Source: Kiritimatiellia bacterium (GTDB taxonomy: Bacteria > Verrucomicrobiota > Kiritimatiellia > RFP12 > UBA1067). From it: DNA of 64,000 nt. Where the stretch lies: NCBI GenBank assembly GCA_017403825.1, contig JAFRDO010000065.1:6438-70437 (forward strand), in the 5' to 3' direction. Below the pieces are notes generated by a model, which searched no databases, had not been told where the DNA came from, and worked only from the letters and a program-made list of their open reading frames with translations. The position numbers and the translations under genes are program-made. Below are positions 43,906 through 51,508 of this stretch, in pieces. Each line of letters starts with the position of its first letter. Within the stretch, counting starts at the first letter, position 1.

Positions 43906-45372
43906 TCAGGCGAAGAACCAGTCGGTTGAAATCGGAACCCCCTTTCGCCCGAAGCAGCTGCAGGGACGCACGACGAACCGCCAGGCGATCGTTGCGCGCT
44001 GAGGGCCGTCGTTCACCGTGAACGGCTTCGGCAGCTCGTCCTTCGCGAAGACGCATGCGACGGTCTTGGCGTCCGCCTGCTCCGGCATGTAGAACTTGGG
44101 CGAGAACACGCGCTTGACGAGGTGCGGACGCTCCACGTCGAAGTCCCGCACCTCGCACGTCACCTCGAAGTCGTAGGCGCGCGCAAGGCTGCCGTCCATC
44201 TTGCGGACGTTCGGGAACTCGACAACGACCTGGTCGACGTCCTCCTTGCGCCTGTTCTTCCCGCGCCGCTCGGACACCTTCACCGCCGCTCCTACGGCGA
44301 ACTGCGGCACGGGAAGCTTCCTGTACCGCTCCTCGTAGGAGCAGCCGTGCCCTGTGCCGTTCGACCACGGAACGACCCAGTCCGCGCCAAGCGGCAGCTT
44401 GCTGATTATGTCGTACCGCGAAAAGACCAAGGCGTCGTCATAGACGTCCATCGTCATGGCGGGGGCGCTGTCGGGCGCCCAGATGAAAGGCATCTGCGAC
44501 GTCTTGGGGTCCTCCACGCCGAACGTGCGCGAGTTCTCGCGGCCGCCGTTGACCGCCGTGTAGCGCAGCGAGCCGGCGTTGACGCACGTGAACTCGCCCT
44601 GCCAGAGCGACCGCTCGTCGACGATCGTCGCGTGGGAATGCCCGGTAATCGCCACAACGTTCGGGAACTCCTTGAGGGCGGCGGTGATCGTGCCGTCGTC
44701 GCCGCTCCAGACGTACGGAATCGTCCCCTTCGGATGCGGATGCTGCATATAGAAGAACGGACGTTCCCCTTTCAGCTCGTCTGCATGGGCGCGCAGCCAC
44801 TGCGGTGCGCCGTCCACGTGGAACGGGCCGCGGCTCCAACTGCCGCCAACGAACACATAGCCCTTGACGGTCTTCTTCCAGATCGGCTCCCACGGTTCCT
44901 TGAAGAGCTCCTCCCAGAAAGTCTTGCGGTGGTCGCCGAGCGCGGTGGCGTTGGCGTCCATCCATTCTTTGCTCTTCGTCTTTCCCTCTGGATACGAATA
45001 CTTGTGTCCGCCGATGTCGTGGTTGCCGTATATGAAGAGCTTCTCGACCGGCTTGCCGTCCGCGCCGAGATTATTGGGGAATACCTTGAACCACGTATCC
45101 GCTACGATGGCAAGCTGCGGCTTCACGCCGCCGTCCGCAAGGTCCCCCGGAATGCACACTCCGTCGACCCCGATGGAGCGGAAATGCTCAAGCGCCCTGC
45201 GGAAGCGCTGCGCCACCTCCTCGCTCGTCACGTGGATGTCGCTCACGATGCCGATCCTCAGCCGCCGCTTCCCGGCGGCCAGCCCTGCGCCCTGCGCCGC
45301 GATCAAGCCTCTTCCCGCAAGGGCGGCAAATGCGGTGCCCGCTCCGATGAACCCTCTTCTTGTCAAACTCAT
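43906..45372 (-). CDS. Tat-signal calcineurin-like metallophosphoesterase
   Basis: MSLTRRGFIGAGTAFAALAGRG is a twin-arginine signal. Phosphoesterase motifs: 'IGIVSDIHV', 'GDLADGG', 'GNHD'. It is a paralog of the next gene. Confidence 0.75.
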   Translation of the reverse strand: MSLTRRGFIGAGTAFAALAGRGLIAAQGAGLAAGKRRLRIGIVSDIHVTSEEVAQRFRRALEHFRSIGVDGVCIPGDLADGGVKPQLAIVADTWFKVFPNNLGADGKPVEKLFIYGNHDIGGHKYSYPEGKTKSKEWMDANATALGDHRKTFWEELFKEPWEPIWKKTVKGYVFVGGSWSRGPFHVDGAPQWLRAHADELKGERPFFYMQHPHPKGTIPYVWSGDDGTITAALKEFPNVVAITGHSHATIVDERSLWQGEFTCVNAGSLRYTAVNGGRENSRTFGVEDPKTSQMPFIWAPDSAPAMTMDVYDDALVFSRYDIISKLPLGADWVVPWSNGTGHGCSYEERYRKLPVPQFAVGAAVKVSERRGKNRRKEDVDQVVVEFPNVRKMDGSLARAYDFEVTCEVRDFDVERPHLVKRVFSPKFYMPEQADAKTVACVFAKDELPKPFTVNDGPQRATIAWRFVVRPCSCFGRKGVPISTDWFFA

Positions 45373-46877
45373 GCCTCTTTCCTCCTCACCTCGAAATCCG
45401 TCATGATCGGTCGCCCGCGCGTGTAGTACGAATTCATCGGATTGACGATGAACCGCGACGGCAAGTCTGCCGGCACGTCACTCTTGAGCATCCGGCAGAC
45501 GACCTGCTTCTTCTCTGCCCCGTAGATGTAGTCCATTGGATAGAAACGGCGAGTGGCGACCGTCTTGACCACATCGCAAGCCTGCAGCTCAACGCGCACC
45601 TCGTACTCGTTGGCACGTGGCGTGGACGCCGTTGACGCGGCTGGCGGAAACGTCAGCTCGTACATCTCCCGCATCTCACCCAGCCGGTCTTTTGCACGCA
45701 CCTCTTTCACCGTGATCACCGCGCCGACAGGGAACTGCGGAGCCGGAACAACCTTCCGACGCGTCTCGAACGCATAGGGCCTGTCGCCCGGCGCAGGAAA
45801 CGGAATCACCCAGTCCGGCCCAAGTGAAACGCCGTACTTGAACTCATGACGCTTCACCACCATGCAGTTGTCATAGACTGAGACGAAATAGCCCTGACGC
45901 GTAAAGTCGTAGCCTTCGCCCACGGCCATTTCCGGCATCGTTCGCACGATGTGCCGCGTCTCGCGGTCGAACAGCGAGAAACCGTTCTCTCGCCCGCCGA
46001 GCGTCACGCAATATCTGAGCGACGGCACCTCGATGGCGCTGAACGCGCCCTGCCACACGCACTGGTCGTTCACGGCGCACTGATGGGCGTGTCCGCAGAA
46101 CGCGATGACGTTAGGAAACTTCGCCGCGAAGAGCGCACCAGTCGTTCCGTCTTCCTGTCCCCACACGTACGGACCGCACGCGGTATTGCGGTACACGCGG
46201 TGCTGCGAATGGAAGAATGGACGGTTAGGATCGAGATCGAGCCCAGCCATGAACTTTTCCAGCCCCGGCGTGTTGTCTCCCCGCTCGTTTCCCTTCTCGC
46301 CCTGCGTGAAGTGCGACAGCACGAAGTCATAGCCTTTCACGCGCTTATGGACGATCGGCGACCACGGCTCGTGGAAGCACTTCTCCCAGATCGCCTTGCG
46401 ATCGTTGAGGCGGATGATGACCTTCTTCATTTCCTCTTCGTCGGGAAACATCTTCACGCACGGCTTGCAGCGGCGGTAGGTCGATCCGCGCGTGTCATGA
46501 TCTCCGTAGTGCATCAGGTTCGCGACGGGGCGGCCGTCGCGCCCCTTGCCGTCCGGGAACACCTCAAACCACGCTCTCGCGACACACTCAAGCTGCGGAA
46601 TGACGCCGTAGTCGGCAAGGTCGCCGCACACCATCACGCCGTCCGCCCCCCAACTGTCGAACTCGCGCAGCACGGCCCTGAACGGCCCAGTGGCCTCCCA
46701 GTCCGTGATGTGTATGTCGCTCAGCACGCCAAGCTTGAGGCGTACTGGGCCGCGCGGTTCCACGATCGGTCTGCCGAACGACGGCACGGACGCCATCGTC
46801 ACTCCCGCAAACGATCCCTTCAGAAACGAACGCCGATTCATGCCATCCCGTATATAACGCGCAAAAAGATTTTTCAT
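45369..46877 (-). CDS. Tat-signal calcineurin-like metallophosphoesterase (paralog)
   Basis: MNRRSFLKGSFAGVTMASVP is a Tat signal. Phosphoesterase motifs: 'LGVLSDIHI', 'GDLADYG', 'GDHD'. It has 4-nt overlaps with both neighbours. Confidence 0.75.
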   Translation of the reverse strand: MKNLFARYIRDGMNRRSFLKGSFAGVTMASVPSFGRPIVEPRGPVRLKLGVLSDIHITDWEATGPFRAVLREFDSWGADGVMVCGDLADYGVIPQLECVARAWFEVFPDGKGRDGRPVANLMHYGDHDTRGSTYRRCKPCVKMFPDEEEMKKVIIRLNDRKAIWEKCFHEPWSPIVHKRVKGYDFVLSHFTQGEKGNERGDNTPGLEKFMAGLDLDPNRPFFHSQHRVYRNTACGPYVWGQEDGTTGALFAAKFPNVIAFCGHAHQCAVNDQCVWQGAFSAIEVPSLRYCVTLGGRENGFSLFDRETRHIVRTMPEMAVGEGYDFTRQGYFVSVYDNCMVVKRHEFKYGVSLGPDWVIPFPAPGDRPYAFETRRKVVPAPQFPVGAVITVKEVRAKDRLGEMREMYELTFPPAASTASTPRANEYEVRVELQACDVVKTVATRRFYPMDYIYGAEKKQVVCRMLKSDVPADLPSRFIVNPMNSYYTRGRPIMTDFEVRRKEA

Positions 46878-49177
46878 CGAATGCCCACCAATGCCGAAAC
46901 GGCGTCATGGTCGGACGGGAACTTGCCGCCAGGACGGTCGTCGTGGGTGTGATGCCGCAAAATACGAAAAGCGTCCGACACGAAGATGTAGTCGATGCGG
47001 CGCGTCGCCGGCGGCTTGTAGCCGTGCGACGTGCAGACCGGCCCTGTGTGCGGCGTCTCGGTCAGGTCGAACGAATCGCGCAACACACCCTTCGCCAGAC
47101 GGATGGATTCACCGAATTCGTGTTTTGGGTCGAACGGAGACCACGGCACGATGCCGCCGATCATCTCGTTCAGGTCGCCGGTCATGATCACGTCCTCGCC
47201 GTCGGCCATGGCCTTCTTCGCTTTTTCAAGTACAAGCGCCATGCCCTTCGAGCGCGATTCCTGGCTCTTCCAGTCGGGATGCTGGCTGAACACCCGCATG
47301 AGACGGCCCGTCGCCTTGTGCTTCAGAAGCGCCCACTGGCATATGCGCACGCTCGACGATCCCCATGTGCACGTCTTGAAGTCGTCCGGCTTTGCCGAAA
47401 GCGCAAATCGTCCGGAATCGATGCGCTCGAAGAGTTCGGGGCGGTAGGCGATGGGATTAGGCCCGTTCTTGTCGCGTCCGTCTGCGAACTCGTACTCCGT
47501 CAGTGCGCCGACGAGATCTGGCCACATGTTCTTCGTCACCTCCTGAAAGCCGATCAGGTCGAACCGACCGTCACGTATGACCTTCACGACGCGCGGCAGG
47601 CGTTCAGGCCACGCCTTGTCGCCGGTGTCCGTGACCTTGCCGCCCTCCGTGTCGATGCGGATGTTGAACGTGGCCACGCGGAACGTGTGCGCCGGAGCCG
47701 CTGGCGGCTCGACGTACTCTATCATCGTGAAGGACTGCGGCGGCATCCGAAGCGTCAGCTCGGTCGGGGACGTCGGCCGCATGGCGACTTCGGTGTACAG
47801 GCGCGCGCTGTCCGTCACGTGCGTCACCACCTCCGGCGGGAACAGGCATCCCTTCGCGAGCTTCACCTTCACGATACGGCCCGACGAATAGTTGTTGTCG
47901 TCGTCATAGCGCACAAGGAAGATGGCGCGTTTCCCGCCTTCGCCACGCGCCGCCGTGACGTAGATGTCCTGGATGTCGGAGTCGGCCTTCACGGTGCGGC
48001 CGCAGGTCGAGGCGAGCCGCCCCCATGCGTATATGGCGTAGTACGGACGCACCGGCTCAAGCGTCGTGTTGTCGAACATCCCGTTGAAGTGGGCCGTCGG
48101 CATTGCGTCGTAGTACATGAGCATGTCCACCGGCGCGGCCTGGCAGGCCACCATGCCCGACGCGACGAGCGCGGCGCCCTTCTGCGACGAAAGCTGCACG
48201 ATGGAATAGTGGTAGTCCTCCTTCCAGCCCTTCACGTAGTTCCACTCGTTGAGGATGGACTCGGCGTTCCCGTAGCCGTACTTCTCCATGAGGCCCCTCG
48301 CCCACTTCGCCTTCTGCGCCATCGACTTCGGGCTGCGCGCGTAGATGTGCCACGAGAAGAAGTCCATCGGCGTCTTGTGCGCCTGCTGGTACGCGAGGAA
48401 CTGCTCGCACCACTCGGGGATTCCCGCCGCCGCGGGCCCGCCGATCTTGAGTGCGGGGAACTTGGCCTTCAGGTGCTTCGCCACGACCTCGAAGAACTCG
48501 AAGAACTGCTCCGCCGTGCCGCCCCAGGTGCGTGGCGGACCCTTGCGGTTCCAATCCACGTCCGCCTCGTTCCAGATCTCCCAGTAGTGGATGTTCCATT
48601 GGAAGCCGTTGGCCCAGCCGTAGTCGTAGTGGCGAATCACGTGCTCGCAGATGCGCGCCCACTTCGCGTAGTCCTTCGGCGGATAGACGTTGTACTTCTT
48701 CACGGCGTGCTCGATGCGCTGCCCAAGACGGAAGAACGGTTCAGTGCCGGCGGCGCGGACGTTCCTGAGGTATGCGTCGGTCACCGCGAAGTCATAGCTG
48801 TTCGGGTCGTTCTCGTCGGCGTCGAAGTTCGGAAACACCGCCGAAATGTCCACGCAGTGGTCACCGCCGTAGACGATGTACTCCGAAGTGTCGTGGGTGC
48901 GCGCATAGGGAATATGCGCCGCCTTGAACGTGGCGAAGTTGCCGTGCTGCGAGCCGAGCGACGAGCCGTCCACCCCGACGGGGCCGTTGTTCACCGCGTT
49001 CATCGGCTTGACGGGGCCGCAATCCACCGCGAAGTCGACCGTGACCGTCGCGTCGGCGGGACGCTCCTTAGACGACGTGACGTTCAGGTTCTCGGCGTCG
49101 GCGAACGCGCCGCCGGACATCATCGCCGCCGCCAGCACGGCGGCCGCCTTCCTGATTCTCTCGTTTTTCGCTTTCAT
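46874..49177 (-). CDS. Secreted fusion: GH39-like TIM-barrel glycosidase domain + C-terminal endonuclease/exonuclease/phosphatase (EEP) domain
   Basis: ATG at 49177 is preceded by AAGGAG. Signal peptide MKAKNERIRKAAAVLAAAMMSGGAFA. 'NIHYWEIWNEADVD' matches the GH39/GH5 catalytic NEP motif. The C-terminus 'FRVATFNIRID...LIGFQEV...GDLNE...SDHDAV' is EEP-type. The track ORF to 50065 is an upstream extension across the GRE gene and is not credible. Confidence 0.65.
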   Translation of the reverse strand: MKAKNERIRKAAAVLAAAMMSGGAFADAENLNVTSSKERPADATVTVDFAVDCGPVKPMNAVNNGPVGVDGSSLGSQHGNFATFKAAHIPYARTHDTSEYIVYGGDHCVDISAVFPNFDADENDPNSYDFAVTDAYLRNVRAAGTEPFFRLGQRIEHAVKKYNVYPPKDYAKWARICEHVIRHYDYGWANGFQWNIHYWEIWNEADVDWNRKGPPRTWGGTAEQFFEFFEVVAKHLKAKFPALKIGGPAAAGIPEWCEQFLAYQQAHKTPMDFFSWHIYARSPKSMAQKAKWARGLMEKYGYGNAESILNEWNYVKGWKEDYHYSIVQLSSQKGAALVASGMVACQAAPVDMLMYYDAMPTAHFNGMFDNTTLEPVRPYYAIYAWGRLASTCGRTVKADSDIQDIYVTAARGEGGKRAIFLVRYDDDNNYSSGRIVKVKLAKGCLFPPEVVTHVTDSARLYTEVAMRPTSPTELTLRMPPQSFTMIEYVEPPAAPAHTFRVATFNIRIDTEGGKVTDTGDKAWPERLPRVVKVIRDGRFDLIGFQEVTKNMWPDLVGALTEYEFADGRDKNGPNPIAYRPELFERIDSGRFALSAKPDDFKTCTWGSSSVRICQWALLKHKATGRLMRVFSQHPDWKSQESRSKGMALVLEKAKKAMADGEDVIMTGDLNEMIGGIVPWSPFDPKHEFGESIRLAKGVLRDSFDLTETPHTGPVCTSHGYKPPATRRIDYIFVSDAFRILRHHTHDDRPGGKFPSDHDAVSALVGIR

Positions 49178-49191
49178 TCCGTTTTCTCCTT

Positions 49192-51504
49192 TCAATATCC
49201 CTTCATCACGTTTTCGGCGCGGCGGATGTAGGCATCCTGCTCGGCCTTGCAGAGGTCGTTCCACCTGACGTTCCAGCCGCACACGCGCACCTGGAGGCTC
49301 TCGTACCTCTCCGGGTGCGCCTGCGCGTCGCGCAGCTCCTCCGCGCTGAACACGGTGAACTGGATGACGCTGCCGCCGTTCCTGTGGAAGATCTCGACGA
49401 GCGACCTCATCGCCACGAGGCCCTTGTCGCCTGCACAGACGGAAGGATGCAGCATCATGTCGAGCGGATAGTCGCCGGGGAGCTTCGTCACGTCCGATGC
49501 CGCAAGTGTCGCCACGAGCGCCGTCGCGCCTTCCGTGTCCACGCCCATGGTTGGCGAGAGGTTCTTCGACATCTCCTCGCCCCTCCTCCGCCCGTCGGGC
49601 GTCGCACCGGTCTTTTCGCCGAGCACGATGTACTGACGCGCGCAGTGGCCGGAGGCGAGGAAAACTCCGCCGCGCGAATTGGGCTTGCCGTTCAACTGCG
49701 CGGCGAAGCAGTCGATCAGCTCCGCGCCGAGCGCATTCGCTGCAGCGTCGTTGTTCCCCCACTTGCGCTTCGACCGGAGCATCCGCCTGCGCAGCGCCTC
49801 GTGTCCCTCCCAGTTGGCCGCCATGATCTTTCCAAGTTCCGGAAGCGGCATGTTCTCCTCGTACACCAACTCCTTCACGGCCAGAAGCGAGTCGACAGCG
49901 GTGCCAAGGCCGACGGCGAGGATTGCGGTGTCGTTTCCGCGCGGGCAACCGTTCGCGAAACCATCGCAGCGGACCTTGAGCGAGTGTTCGGTCGCGAGCG
50001 TCATGCAGTTGGCGGGGTTCACCTCGGGCAGAACCTTCTCCAGCTCGAAAGCCACCTTGCGGCACCGGTCGGTCACGTCGGCGAGCCGACGCAGATATTC
50101 GGTCTTGAAGGAAGAAAAAGTTTCGAATTGAAACTTAGTTGGAGTTTTGAGTTGGAGTTGGAGAGCGGAATTTTCCATTCTCGAACTCGAACTCTGGACT
50201 CCAACTTCTTCCAGCATCGTCTCTATCGGCTTCAGGAAGTTGACGTGTCCGACGGCGGTGTCGTTCACAGCGTCGCGCAGCGCGAACTCGTAGCAGCCCT
50301 TCACCACCATCGTGCGGCAGTCATCGTCGCTCGCGCCGCTCCACTTCTTGAGCGCCCTTGCCGTCGGCTCCTCGCCGATGAACGCGATGGAGCGGTGCCG
50401 GCGGGCCATGTCGAGCATCTTGTCCCAGGCCCAGCCAGGCGTGTTCGGCGCGACCTTCGCCAAGAACTTCGGCGTCGCAAGCGCACAGTCGTCCATCACG
50501 TCAAGGACGATCCTGGACACGTGGTTGTACTCGCTCGCGCCGTCCTTTCGCGTGCCGCCGAGGCCGACGGGCTGGTTCCAGTAGTTGGCGACGGATCCCC
50601 ACTGACAGAAGAAGTGCCTGAGCTGCTCGCGGAACTCGGCCTCCGTGGTACGTCCGGCGGCACGGTCGGCGTCGTAGTACGGCGTGAGGGTCACGTCGAT
50701 CTCAGTCAGCGAGCGGCACTGGATGCCGTCAAGATGCTCCGAGAAAAAGAAGTAGAGCCACACGAACATCATCACGTCGTAGGCCGTTTGCGGCGGATCG
50801 CTCTTCAGACGCTCAAGACACGCAACCTCCTTCTCCAGGCGCTGCGCCCCCGCGTCCCCGCGCGGGATTCGACCCAGCCGCTTCCGCCCCTGCGCGGCGA
50901 ACCGTTCGATACCTCCCAGCATAGCGTCCATCGCGATCCGCAGCCCCTCGTAGAACGGATCGCCCGCAACGGCGTGCCTTTCCAGCCGCGCCTTCATCCC
51001 CGGAAAGCCCAGGGACAGTATCACGCGCCAGTCGGGAACGGAGTGATCGAAGTCCTGCCAGATGTTCCAGGTGCCGTCGCGGTTTCCGGCCTGCCATTCC
51101 CCGACGACCTCGGCGGATAGCATCCGCGCGTTGACCTCGGCGGCGCGGTCGCGCTTCGTCACCTTCCATATCGGCAGCGAAAGCCTGTCCCAGATCGCGA
51201 TCGCCGGAAACCAGTCGAGCGGCGAGACGTCTATCGCCTGTTCCAGGGCCTCGGCGGCGAAGCACCTGGCCTTGGTGACGCGCCACGGTTCGCCGGACGC
51301 CTTGCCTGCCGCGACTATCTCCGACAGGCGCTTTGCGACTCCCTCCTGCGAAAGCCCCGTCGTCCTGTCTGTCACGTCCTGCCTGAACTTCCGGCGCAGG
51401 TACGTGTCGACGTCGGCGATGTCCGCGACATACGGATCCCACCACGTCATGTCGAGGTAGTTCCTCTGCCGTCGCAGATCCGTCTGGCCTTCGGTGCCCA
51501 TCAT
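49192..51504 (-). CDS. Glycyl radical enzyme, eliminase/dehydratase class (PFL-fold). No signal peptide.
   Basis: The C-terminus 'GEKTGATPDGRRRGEEMS...LQVRVCGWNVRWNDLCKAEQDAYI' aligns to PFL 'GKKTGNTPDGRRAGAPFG...[23 protein letters not shown]', with the radical Gly retained. The Cys-loop 'VVKGCYEFAL' is of the single-Cys GCxE type (as in choline TMA-lyase and GRE dehydratases), not the PFL 'CC' type. The start is either ATG 51504 (just after the PATR stop) or ATG 51450 (better RBS, AGAGGAA). Confidence 0.7.
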   Translation of the reverse strand: MMGTEGQTDLRRQRNYLDMTWWDPYVADIADVDTYLRRKFRQDVTDRTTGLSQEGVAKRLSEIVAAGKASGEPWRVTKARCFAAEALEQAIDVSPLDWFPAIAIWDRLSLPIWKVTKRDRAAEVNARMLSAEVVGEWQAGNRDGTWNIWQDFDHSVPDWRVILSLGFPGMKARLERHAVAGDPFYEGLRIAMDAMLGGIERFAAQGRKRLGRIPRGDAGAQRLEKEVACLERLKSDPPQTAYDVMMFVWLYFFFSEHLDGIQCRSLTEIDVTLTPYYDADRAAGRTTEAEFREQLRHFFCQWGSVANYWNQPVGLGGTRKDGASEYNHVSRIVLDVMDDCALATPKFLAKVAPNTPGWAWDKMLDMARRHRSIAFIGEEPTARALKKWSGASDDDCRTMVVKGCYEFALRDAVNDTAVGHVNFLKPIETMLEEVGVQSSSSRMENSALQLQLKTPTKFQFETFSSFKTEYLRRLADVTDRCRKVAFELEKVLPEVNPANCMTLATEHSLKVRCDGFANGCPRGNDTAILAVGLGTAVDSLLAVKELVYEENMPLPELGKIMAANWEGHEALRRRMLRSKRKWGNNDAAANALGAELIDCFAAQLNGKPNSRGGVFLASGHCARQYIVLGEKTGATPDGRRRGEEMSKNLSPTMGVDTEGATALVATLAASDVTKLPGDYPLDMMLHPSVCAGDKGLVAMRSLVEIFHRNGGSVIQFTVFSAEELRDAQAHPERYESLQVRVCGWNVRWNDLCKAEQDAYIRRAENVMKGY

Positions 51505-51508
51505 ACGC

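Noticed and set aside
46907-49231. A 774-aa plus-strand ORF, and many other long ORFs antisense to or overlapping the called genes. Examples: 8162..9415, 16909..18408, 21575..22633, 31037..32239, 36504..37430, 49315..51120, 24388..25266 and 26631..27791.
   Set aside because: These are shadow ORFs typical of 60% GC DNA. They are Arg/Ala/Pro-rich and low-complexity, have no recognisable domains, and lie opposite genes with strong homology-supported frames.
49192-50065. The 5' extension of the GH39-EEP ORF, which would make it 1063 aa and overlap the GRE gene.
   Set aside because: The extension is Arg/Gly-rich nonsense with no signal peptide. A strong AAGGAG-ATG start at 49177 begins a canonical signal peptide.
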